From Acidimicrobiales bacterium (GTDB taxonomy: Bacteria > Actinomycetota > Acidimicrobiia > Acidimicrobiales > GCA-2861595): a stretch of 64,000 nucleotides of DNA. Positions 51,468 to 60,605 of the stretch are shown here, piece by piece. The stretch's first letter is position 1. Every line of letters starts with the position of its first letter. The position numbers and the translations under genes were made by a program. The notes under the pieces are model-generated. The model was not told where the DNA came from, searched no databases, and was given only the letters and a program-made list of their open reading frames with translations. The stretch covers positions 638 to 64,637 of the forward strand of contig JBKJNA010000233.1 in NCBI GenBank assembly GCA_046596195.1, in the 5' to 3' direction.

Positions 51468-52085
51468 TTGCGCAAGCTGCTGGCGCTCGCCGTCCTTGCC
51501 GTCCTGCTGCTCGCCGCCGACCAGGGCGCCCGGGTGGTGGCCGAGGGCAAGCTGGCGTCCCGCGCCCGGGAGGCGGCCGGGGGCCCCGACTCGGCTGCGG
51601 CCACCATCACCTCGTTCCCCTTCCTCGGCCGGCTGCTCGCGTCCGGCTCCGTGCCCCACGTCGCCGTGCGTGTCACCGGCGCCAGGGCCGGGCCGCTGCG
51701 CCTCGCCGCCGTCGATGTCGACGCGTGGGGCGTCTCGCTCGACCGGGGCTCCTTGCTCTCGGGCGACGTCCGCATCAAGGACATCGAGCGGGGGGTGGTG
51801 GCGGTGGAACTGGATGCGTCGGCCATCACGGGCGTGGTCGATCTCCCCGTCGAGATCGCCGATGGCAAGGTCCTCGTCGGTACCGGCTCGGTGGCGGTGC
51901 CGGCCACCGTCACCGTGGACGGCGACGGCGCTCTCGTCCTGTCGGTCGGCGGGCTACGGACGCTCAGGGTCCCGGTGGCCCGGACCCCGCTCTTCCCGTG
52001 CGCGGCCACGTCGGTGTCCGTGGACGACGACCGCGTGCGCCTCACCTGCGAGGTGGACGAGCTGCCCGCCGTGCTCCGCCGATGA
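51468..52085 (+). CDS. DUF2993 (LmeA-like) protein with N-terminal TM/signal
   Basis: MRKLLALAVLAVLLLAADQGARVVAE...ITSFPFLGRLLSG-like...V.V.DL pattern. Family call is moderate. Confidence 0.6.
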   Translation: MRKLLALAVLAVLLLAADQGARVVAEGKLASRAREAAGGPDSAAATITSFPFLGRLLASGSVPHVAVRVTGARAGPLRLAAVDVDAWGVSLDRGSLLSGDVRIKDIERGVVAVELDASAITGVVDLPVEIADGKVLVGTGSVAVPATVTVDGDGALVLSVGGLRTLRVPVARTPLFPCAATSVSVDDDRVRLTCEVDELPAVLRR

Positions 52086-52567
52086 ACCCCGACCCGGAAC
52101 TCGATGAGAAGGCGGCGGCGCTGGCGACGGCCGTCGAGGCCGCCGTCCCGGGCTGGGTGGAGCGGTCGGTGACGCGACTGCTGGTGGCGTTCGCAGGCGG
52201 AGCCGACCCCGCTGTCGTGGACGAGGCCCGCGCTGCCGGCGCGGTGGCGAGGACCGAGGTCGGTGAACGACTACGGGCCCTCCTGGCCGCCGACATCGAT
52301 GAGCAGCGGGGCAACCCCCTGTCGGTCCTCCGTGCCGCTGTTGCCCACCCGACCGCCGTGCTGCGGCGTGCGGGCGTGCCGCCCGTGGTGCGGGACGACT
52401 TCGCCGAGGCCAACTTCCCGGACGACGACTACGACCTCACGCCCGCCTCGTTCGCCGAGGTGGACCCCGCGCTGCACGAGCCCGGCATGGAGTGGGGCGT
52501 GGCCAAGGCCTGGGCCCACAAGCAGCGCCACAGCCGGCCCCCCACCACGACCGAAGGACACCAGTGA
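52082..52567 (+). CDS. hypothetical protein
   Basis: 161 aa. ATG 52082 overlaps the upstream stop (ATGA). Coding-like composition, no family recognised. Confidence 0.5.
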   Translation: MNPDPELDEKAAALATAVEAAVPGWVERSVTRLLVAFAGGADPAVVDEARAAGAVARTEVGERLRALLAADIDEQRGNPLSVLRAAVAHPTAVLRRAGVPPVVRDDFAEANFPDDDYDLTPASFAEVDPALHEPGMEWGVAKAWAHKQRHSRPPTTTEGHQ

Positions 52568-52869
52568 CCCGCATCGCCGCCTACGTGCCCGACCTCATGG
52601 ACCGCTCCAAGGTGGCCGCCGCCGGCGGGGCCGACGTCACCTTCGTGCGCGCACCGTCCGAGCTGGCCGATTCCGGCGCCGAGCTGGTGGTGGTCGACCT
52701 GGCCCGGCCCGGCGTGCTGGATGCGCTGCCCGGCCTGGCCGGCGTTCGCACCATCGGCTTCGCCAGCCACGTCGACAAGGAGCTGGCCGAGGCGGCCGCG
52801 GCAGCCGGCTGCGACGAGGTGCTGCCCCGCTCCCGCTTCTTCTCCACGCTCGCCGAACTTCTGGCCTGA
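52564..52869 (+). CDS. hypothetical protein
   Basis: 101 aa. GTG 52564 overlaps the upstream stop (GTGA). Alternating beta/alpha pattern, flavodoxin-like by eye. Confidence 0.45.
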   Translation: MTRIAAYVPDLMDRSKVAAAGGADVTFVRAPSELADSGAELVVVDLARPGVLDALPGLAGVRTIGFASHVDKELAEAAAAAGCDEVLPRSRFFSTLAELLA

Positions 52870-52897
52870 GGAGGCGGCTGACCACTGCGGGCTTGCC

Positions 52898-53113
52898 TCA
52901 GTCGCCCGGGTCCTTCGGCCGGCGCTCGACCGTCCAGCCGGCGTCGGTGATGGTGCGGGGCTCGAAGAACAGGCAGCCCTCTGGGCAGGCGAACGGGTCG
53001 AGCTCGGAGACGTCAAGGCGGCAGCGCTGCAGCTTCTCCTGCAGCGACGTGGTGCGCTCAACGTAGTGCCGGCAGTCCGCGCGAACGCCCACCCCCGTAT
53101 GGTACGGCCCCAT
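52898..53113 (-). CDS. small 4-Cys hypothetical protein
   Basis: 71 aa: MGPYHTGVGVRADCRHY...QRCRLD...FACPEGCLFFE. Its ATG and the ATG of the divergent oxidoreductase share the tetranucleotide CATG (53111-53114). Confidence 0.45.
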   Translation of the reverse strand: MGPYHTGVGVRADCRHYVERTTSLQEKLQRCRLDVSELDPFACPEGCLFFEPRTITDAGWTVERRPKDPGD

Positions 53114-54461
53114 GGCCGAGCGGCTGGTGGTGGTGGGCGGAGACGCCGGCGGGATGGCGGCGGCCACCCAGGCCCGGCGCCGGCGGCCTGACCTGGAGAT
53201 CGTGGCCCTGGAAAAGGGCCGCTTCACGAGCTATTCGGCGTGCGGCATCCCGTTCCTCATCGGGGGCGACGTGGACGAGCTCGAGGACCTGGTCGCCCGT
53301 TCGCCCCAGGCGTTCCGCGACAAGCTCAACATCGACGTGCGCACCGGCCACGAGGTCACGGCCATCGACCTTGACGCCCGCAAGGTCGAGGTGCGCGACC
53401 ACAACCACGACCGCACGTTCTCGCTCGGCTTCGACCTGCTCCACCTGGGCACGGGCGCCGTCCCGCGGCGGCCCGACCTGCCCGGGATCGGCGGCGAGCA
53501 GGTCCACGGCGTGCAGAACCTGGAGGACGCCGCCGACCTCCTCGAAAGCCTGGCGGCGACGGACGTCCGCCACGTGGTGGTGGTCGGCGCCGGCTACATC
53601 GGCCTGGAGATGGCCGAGGCGTTCGTCCGTCGCGGCTGCGACAGCGTGACCGTGGTGGAGCGCGGCGACGAGGTGATGGGCACGCTCGACCCGGACATGG
53701 GGTCGCTCGTGGCCGCCGCCATGCGCCGGTTCGGCATCGATGTCCGCACCGGCGTCGCCGTCGAGGCGTTCGAGCCGGGCGTCGTGCACACGTCCGCCGG
53801 CGACCTCCCGGCCGACCTCGTTGTGCTCGGCCTCGGCGTGGTGGCCAACACCGGCCTGGCCATGGCCGCCGGGATCGAGACGGGGGCCAAGGGCGCCATC
53901 GTCGTCGACACCCGCCAGCGCACGTCGGCGCCCGGCGTGTGGGCGGCGGGGGACTGTTGCCTGTCGCGCCACCTCGTCACGGGCCGCCCGGTGCACCTGC
54001 CCCTCGGCACGGTGGCCAACAAGCAGGGCCGGGTCGCCGGCATCAACATGGCGGGCGGCTACGCCACGTTCCCGGGCGTCGTCGGCACCGCCGTCACCAG
54101 GATCTGCTCCACCGAGGTGGCCCGCACCGGCCTGTCGGAGAAGGAGGCGGGAGCGGCCGGCCTGGAGTGGGAGGCGGTGCGCATCACCAGCACCACCCGG
54201 GCCGGCTACTTCCCCGGCGCCGGGGAGATCACCGTCAAGATGCTGGCCGAGCGGGGCGCCGGGCGGCTGCTGGGCGCCCAGCTGGTGGGCGAGGAGGGGG
54301 CGGCCAAGCGCATCGACGTGGTGGCCACGGCCCTCATGGCCGGGATGACGGTGGCTGAGGTCATCGATCTCGACCTGTCCTACGCGCCGCCGTTCTCGCC
54401 GGTCTGGGACCCGATCCTCATCGCTGCCCGCCAGGCGGCCAGGGCGGTCGACCCGAGGTAG
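53112..54461 (+). CDS. FAD-dependent pyridine nucleotide-disulfide oxidoreductase, CoA-disulfide reductase / NADH oxidase family
   Basis: LVVVGGDAGGMAAA, the single redox Cys in SYSACGIP, a second GxGxxG (VVVGAGYIGLE), and GDC. Confidence 0.85.
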   Translation: MAERLVVVGGDAGGMAAATQARRRRPDLEIVALEKGRFTSYSACGIPFLIGGDVDELEDLVARSPQAFRDKLNIDVRTGHEVTAIDLDARKVEVRDHNHDRTFSLGFDLLHLGTGAVPRRPDLPGIGGEQVHGVQNLEDAADLLESLAATDVRHVVVVGAGYIGLEMAEAFVRRGCDSVTVVERGDEVMGTLDPDMGSLVAAAMRRFGIDVRTGVAVEAFEPGVVHTSAGDLPADLVVLGLGVVANTGLAMAAGIETGAKGAIVVDTRQRTSAPGVWAAGDCCLSRHLVTGRPVHLPLGTVANKQGRVAGINMAGGYATFPGVVGTAVTRICSTEVARTGLSEKEAGAAGLEWEAVRITSTTRAGYFPGAGEITVKMLAERGAGRLLGAQLVGEEGAAKRIDVVATALMAGMTVAEVIDLDLSYAPPFSPVWDPILIAARQAARAVDPR

Positions 54462-54470
54462 CCGCACGCG

Positions 54471-54508
54471 TTCACATTGGCGCGACGGCCTCGAAACACG
54501 CCAGAAAC
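54471..54508 (+). promoter_or_regulatory. GlnR-type operator: four 5-nt boxes with 6-nt spacers upstream of amtB
   Basis: TTCAC-attggc-GCGAC-ggcctc-GAAAC-acgcca-GAAAC, compared with the remembered actinobacterial GlnR pattern gTnAc-n6-GaAAc-n6-GtnAC-n6-GAAAc. Confidence 0.5.
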
Positions 54509-54554
54509 ACAGCTTCGCCATGCTGGCCCCCGGCGCGAAGCAAGGGGACTGCGA

Positions 54555-56173
<1,619 letters not shown>

Positions 56174-56178
56174 CACTG

Positions 56179-58464
56179 ATGCGGCAGGAGCGGGCAGCAC
56201 TGCTTGCAGAAGGCGGGCCGCGTGGGCCCGCCTTCTGCCGCGCCTACGCCGACGTGGCCGACCGCTGGCTCACCGGTCTGCTCGGCGCCCAGGAGCACAT
56301 GGCCTTGGTGGCGGTGGGCGGGTTCGGCCGGCGCGAGCTGTGCCCCGCCAGCGACCTCGACGTGGTGCTGGTGCACGACGGGCGCAGCTCGGCGGCGGTG
56401 GTGCAGTCGGTGGCCGAGCGGATCTGGTATCCGGTGTGGGACGCCGGCGTCGGCCTCGACCACAGCGTGCGGACCGTCAAGGAGGCCCTCGCCGGCGGCG
56501 ACCTGAGGGCGGCCCTCGGGCTGCTCGACGCACGGCTGGTGGCGGGGGACGCCGGCCTCGCTGCGGACCTGGTCGGGAGGTCCCGGCGTCAGTGGGTGAA
56601 GGGCGCCGGCCGCTGGCTGCCGGCGCTGGCCGAGTCGGTCGCGGCGCGCCACGAGCGCTTCGGCGAGGTGGCCTTCCTGCTGGAGCCCGAGTTGAAGGAG
56701 GGCAAGGGCGGCCTGCGCGACGTGCACGCCCTGCGCGCCGCCGCGCTGGCCACGCCGGTGGTCGATGGCGGCGGGGCCGCCGTCGATGCCGCCCACGACC
56801 TCCTGCTCTGCGTGCGGGTGGAGCTGCACCGGCGGGTGGGCAAGACCATGGACCGCCTCCTGTTGCAGGAGCAGGACGCAGTGGCGGACGCCCTCGGGTA
56901 CGCGGACGCCGACGTCCTGATGGCGGCCGTCTCGGCCGCCGCCCGCACCATCGCCTGGACGGGCGACGACGCCTGGCGACGGGTGGCGTCCGCCCGCGCC
57001 GGTCCCCGGGGGCGCACCACGGGGCGGGACCGCCCGCTCGGCCCCGGGCTCGTGCTGCGCGACGGCGAGGTCGCCCTCACCGCCGACGCGAATCCGGCCG
57101 GCGACCCGTCGCTGGCCCTGCGGGGTGCGGCGGCGGCTGCCCAGAGCGGCACGTGGCTGGCCCGTGCGGCCCTCGACCGCCTGGCCGCCGAGACACCGCC
57201 GATGCCCGATCCGTGGCCGGTGGCCGCCCGCACCGCCCTGGTCGGCCTGCTGGGGACAGGCGTCGACGCCGTCGCCCCCCTCGAGGCGCTCGACCAGCAG
57301 GGGCTGCTGGTGCGGGCGCTCCCCGAGTGGGAAGCGGTGCGGTGCAAGCCGCAGCGCAACGCCTACCACCGCTTCACCGTCGACCGTCACCTGCTCGAGG
57401 CGGCGGCCAACGCGGCCGCCCTCACCCGCAACGTCGCCCGGCCCGACCTCTTGCTGGTGGGCGCCCTGCTGCACGACATCGGCAAGGGCTTCCCGGGCGA
57501 CCACACCGACGCGGGTGTCGAGGTGGTGGGGCGCATCGGGCCCAGGCTCGGCTTCGGGCCCGACGACGTGGCCGTGCTGGTCGACATGGTGCGCCACCAT
57601 CTCCTGCTCCCCGACGTGGCCACCCGTCGAGACCTCGACGACCCCGCCACCGTCGAGGCGGTGGCGGCGGCGATCGGGGACCGGGACCGCCTCGAGCTGC
57701 TGGCCGCCCTCACCGAAGCCGACAGCCTGGCCACCGGCCCGGCCGCGTGGGGCGCGTGGAAGGCAGGTCTGGTGGCCGACCTGGTGGCGCGGGTGGCCAG
57801 GCGGTTGGCCGGCCACCAGGTCGCAGCCGCACCCGCCCTTCCCACCGCCGCCCACCGCCGGCTGATGGCCGACCGCCGGCCGGTCGTGGACGTGGCGGGC
57901 ACCGAGGTCACCGTCATCGCGCCCGACCGGCCGGGGCTGTTCTGCCGGGTGGCCGGGGCGCTGGCCCTGCACGGGCTCGACGTCCGGTCGGCGGCCGTCG
58001 CCGCCGAGGCCGGCATGGCGGTCGAGGTCTTCGAGGTGGAGCCCGTCTTCGGGTCGCCGCCCGACTGGACACGCGTGACGGCCGACGTGGAGCGGGCCGT
58101 CGGTGGCCGCCTCTCGTTGGATGCCCGTCTGTCCGAGCGGGCCCGGGCCTACGCCGGCCTGCGCCGGGCGTCCACCGCCCGTCCGGCCGAGCCCCGGGTG
58201 CTCTTCGACGACGAGGCATCGGCCAGCGCCACCGTGGTCGAGGTGCGGGCCCCCGACGGGATCGGCGTCCTCTACCGCATCACCCGGGCCCTGGCCGACT
58301 GCGACCTCGACGTACGCTCGGCCAAGGTGTCGACGCTCGGCCACGAGGTGGTGGACGCCTTCTACGTCATGGACGTGTCCGGCTCCAAGGTCACCGACGC
58401 AGGCCACCGGCGCGAGGTCGAGCTCGCCGTGCTGGCCGAGCTCCGCCTCGTCGACCCCGGCTGA
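56179..58464 (+). CDS. glnD: [protein-PII] uridylyl/adenylyl-transferase
   Basis: NTase motif GGFGRRELCPASDLDV, HD domain LLHDIGKG, and two C-terminal ACT domains. In frame with tracked ORF 55459... Confidence 0.92.
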   Translation: MRQERAALLAEGGPRGPAFCRAYADVADRWLTGLLGAQEHMALVAVGGFGRRELCPASDLDVVLVHDGRSSAAVVQSVAERIWYPVWDAGVGLDHSVRTVKEALAGGDLRAALGLLDARLVAGDAGLAADLVGRSRRQWVKGAGRWLPALAESVAARHERFGEVAFLLEPELKEGKGGLRDVHALRAAALATPVVDGGGAAVDAAHDLLLCVRVELHRRVGKTMDRLLLQEQDAVADALGYADADVLMAAVSAAARTIAWTGDDAWRRVASARAGPRGRTTGRDRPLGPGLVLRDGEVALTADANPAGDPSLALRGAAAAAQSGTWLARAALDRLAAETPPMPDPWPVAARTALVGLLGTGVDAVAPLEALDQQGLLVRALPEWEAVRCKPQRNAYHRFTVDRHLLEAAANAAALTRNVARPDLLLVGALLHDIGKGFPGDHTDAGVEVVGRIGPRLGFGPDDVAVLVDMVRHHLLLPDVATRRDLDDPATVEAVAAAIGDRDRLELLAALTEADSLATGPAAWGAWKAGLVADLVARVARRLAGHQVAAAPALPTAAHRRLMADRRPVVDVAGTEVTVIAPDRPGLFCRVAGALALHGLDVRSAAVAAEAGMAVEVFEVEPVFGSPPDWTRVTADVERAVGGRLSLDARLSERARAYAGLRRASTARPAEPRVLFDDEASASATVVEVRAPDGIGVLYRITRALADCDLDVRSAKVSTLGHEVVDAFYVMDVSGSKVTDAGHRREVELAVLAELRLVDPG

Positions 58465-58494
58465 CCGCCGGTCCACCGCCACTACGCTTCGGCC

Positions 58495-58713
58495 GTGCCG
58501 TCCGCCCGCTACCGGTGCGCCGCATGCGGCAACCTCACGCGTTTCGACGTCATCCTCACCCGCCGGACCCGCCGGTTCCACCACTACACGGTCGGCGGCG
58601 AGCTGTCGGTGGAGGACGAAGAGGTGTTGTCGGAGGTGCTGGAGGAGGTGTCGTGCCGCTGGTGCGGCACGGCCAAGGCAGTCGAGGAGCTGGCCGACGG
58701 CGAGCCGCAGTAA
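58495..58713 (+). CDS. small zinc-ribbon protein (hypothetical)
   Basis: 72 aa with CAACG...CRWCG. Confidence 0.55.
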   Translation: MPSARYRCAACGNLTRFDVILTRRTRRFHHYTVGGELSVEDEEVLSEVLEEVSCRWCGTAKAVEELADGEPQ

Positions 58714-58720
58714 CCCCGCC

Positions 58721-60298
58721 GTGCCCGACTCCGGCCCGCCCACCGGGGCGGACGGCGTGCTGCGGCCCGCCCTCGACCTCGCCTTCGATGTCGCACGGAT
58801 CGGCGCCCGGTCGGTCCCGCCCATCGAGGCGCCGCGGGCGGTGCGGCCCTTCCTCCAGTTCACCGGGCGACTGCCGGACGGCGCGTTGGGTGCCCTACGG
58901 CGCGGGCTCGACGAGGACGAGGGCTTCCGGGCGCGGGTGGCCGGACTGGCGGACGAGGACGAGCTGGGGCGGGCCGGCTGGCTGCTCGTCGTGCGCCCCG
59001 AGGGCTGGGACGCGGAGCTGGCGGGGATCCTGGACCAGGCCGGCGCCAAGGCCCGGGCCGAGCAGGAGGAGAAGGAGGAGCGCAGCGCCCGCCGGCGCCT
59101 GGCCCACGCCGAGCAGGCCACCGAGCGGGCGCAGGCGGCGGCGGCCCGGGCGAGGGCCGAGCTGGCGGCGGCCGCCACCGAGCTGGCGGCCGAGCGCCGT
59201 TCCCGGCGGGCGGCCCAGGACGACGTCGCCCGGCTGACCCGCAAGGTCGATTCGCTGGAGGGCGAGCGGGACAGCGCCCGCCGGCGGGCGGCCGAGTCGG
59301 CGGCCGAGGTGGCGCACCTGGCGGCCGGGCTCGATGCGGCGCAGGGCGAGGCGGCCCGGCTGGGCTCGGCCCTGGAGGCAGCCGAGGCCGATGCCGCGGC
59401 GCGGGCGCTCAGGGAGCGGGCCGAACAGCTGCGGGCCGGGGCGGGCGGGAGTGACGCCGGCACTGTGCCGGCGAAGGGGCGTCCCGGTGACGGGCGCCGG
59501 CCGGTGGGAAGGGGTGGGTCGGCCGGGCCCGCAACGGGCGACTCCGGACGCGCTGGCGTGGCGGGCACGTCGGCGTCGAGCATCAGCGGCGGGGCGGGCG
59601 CCGGCGCGTCAGCGTCGAGCAGCGGCGGTCGGGCCGGGACGCCGGCGTCGAGCAGCGGCCGCCGGGCCGGGGACGGTCCCGATCTCCGGCTCGTGGCCGA
59701 TGCCGTCGCAGCCGCCGCTGCCGCTGCATCCAACCTCGGCAGGGCCCTCGCCGACGCATCGTCCGCCCTGGCCCCAGCGGCTGTGCCCACCGCCACGTCG
59801 CCTCCGTCCCGGACTCCTCGCGGCGGCCCCGCCGCCGCACGCCGCCGACCCGCAGCACTGCCGCCTGCGGTATTCGACGACACGACCGAGGCGGCCGCCC
59901 ACCTCGTCCGTGTCCCGGGGGCGCTGGTGCTGGTCGACGGTTACAACGCAGCGAAGGCGCTGTGGCCGGACGAGGCGCCCCTCGAGCTCCGCGAGCGCCT
60001 CGTCGACGCACTGAGCGAGCTGGTCGCCCGCACCGGGGCCGTCATCCACGTCGTCTACGACGGGGCCGACCTCGGAATGCCACCGTCGCGACCGGCCACG
60101 ACGCGCGGGGTGCGGGTCAGTTTCTCGCCGGCCGATGTGGAGGCGGACGACGTCATCCTCGACCTCGTCGACGCCGAGCCACCGGCTCGGGCTGTCGTGG
60201 TGGCGTCGAGCGACCACCGCGTGCGCGACGGCGCCCGCCGGCGTGGCGCCAACGTCATCACGAGCGCGCAGCTTGCCGCCGTCCTCGGGCGGTCCTGA
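58721..60298 (+). CDS. Ala/Arg-rich coiled-coil protein with C-terminal YacP-like NYN (PIN-like) domain
   Basis: The C-terminus LVLVDGYNAAK...VIHVVYDG...EADDVILDLV...VVASSDHRV parallels B. subtilis YacP/Rae1 as I remember it. The central part is Ala/Arg/Glu heptad-like and low complexity. GTG 58721. Confidence 0.75.
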   Translation: MPDSGPPTGADGVLRPALDLAFDVARIGARSVPPIEAPRAVRPFLQFTGRLPDGALGALRRGLDEDEGFRARVAGLADEDELGRAGWLLVVRPEGWDAELAGILDQAGAKARAEQEEKEERSARRRLAHAEQATERAQAAAARARAELAAAATELAAERRSRRAAQDDVARLTRKVDSLEGERDSARRRAAESAAEVAHLAAGLDAAQGEAARLGSALEAAEADAAARALRERAEQLRAGAGGSDAGTVPAKGRPGDGRRPVGRGGSAGPATGDSGRAGVAGTSASSISGGAGAGASASSSGGRAGTPASSSGRRAGDGPDLRLVADAVAAAAAAASNLGRALADASSALAPAAVPTATSPPSRTPRGGPAAARRRPAALPPAVFDDTTEAAAHLVRVPGALVLVDGYNAAKALWPDEAPLELRERLVDALSELVARTGAVIHVVYDGADLGMPPSRPATTRGVRVSFSPADVEADDVILDLVDAEPPARAVVVASSDHRVRDGARRRGANVITSAQLAAVLGRS

Positions 60299-60353
60299 GG
60301 GCTGTCCCTCTGTGTCGGAGGAGGCTGTCACAGGGTCACGTCATCCTTTCCTC

Positions 60354-60554
60354 ATGACCGCATCGCTCTCCATCAGCTGCGACGACTGCATCGCCCACGA
60401 CACCGACGCCTGCGCCGACTGCGTGGTGAGCTTCATCTGCGACCGCGAGCCCGGTGACGCCGTGATCATCGACGTCGTCGAAGAGCGGGCCGTGCGCCTC
60501 CTGGTGCAGGCCGGCCTCGTGCCGGCCCTGCGGCACAGGAAGCGGACAGGTTGA
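60354..60554 (+). CDS. small Cys-rich hypothetical protein
   Basis: 66 aa: SCDDCIAHDTDACADCVVSFIC (C-x2-C-x7-C-x2-C-x5-C). Confidence 0.45.
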   Translation: MTASLSISCDDCIAHDTDACADCVVSFICDREPGDAVIIDVVEERAVRLLVQAGLVPALRHRKRTG

Positions 60555-60605
60555 TGCCCGAAGATCCCCGGAGCCGGGTAGCCCGGGTGGTACGTTCCGC
60601 ACAGC

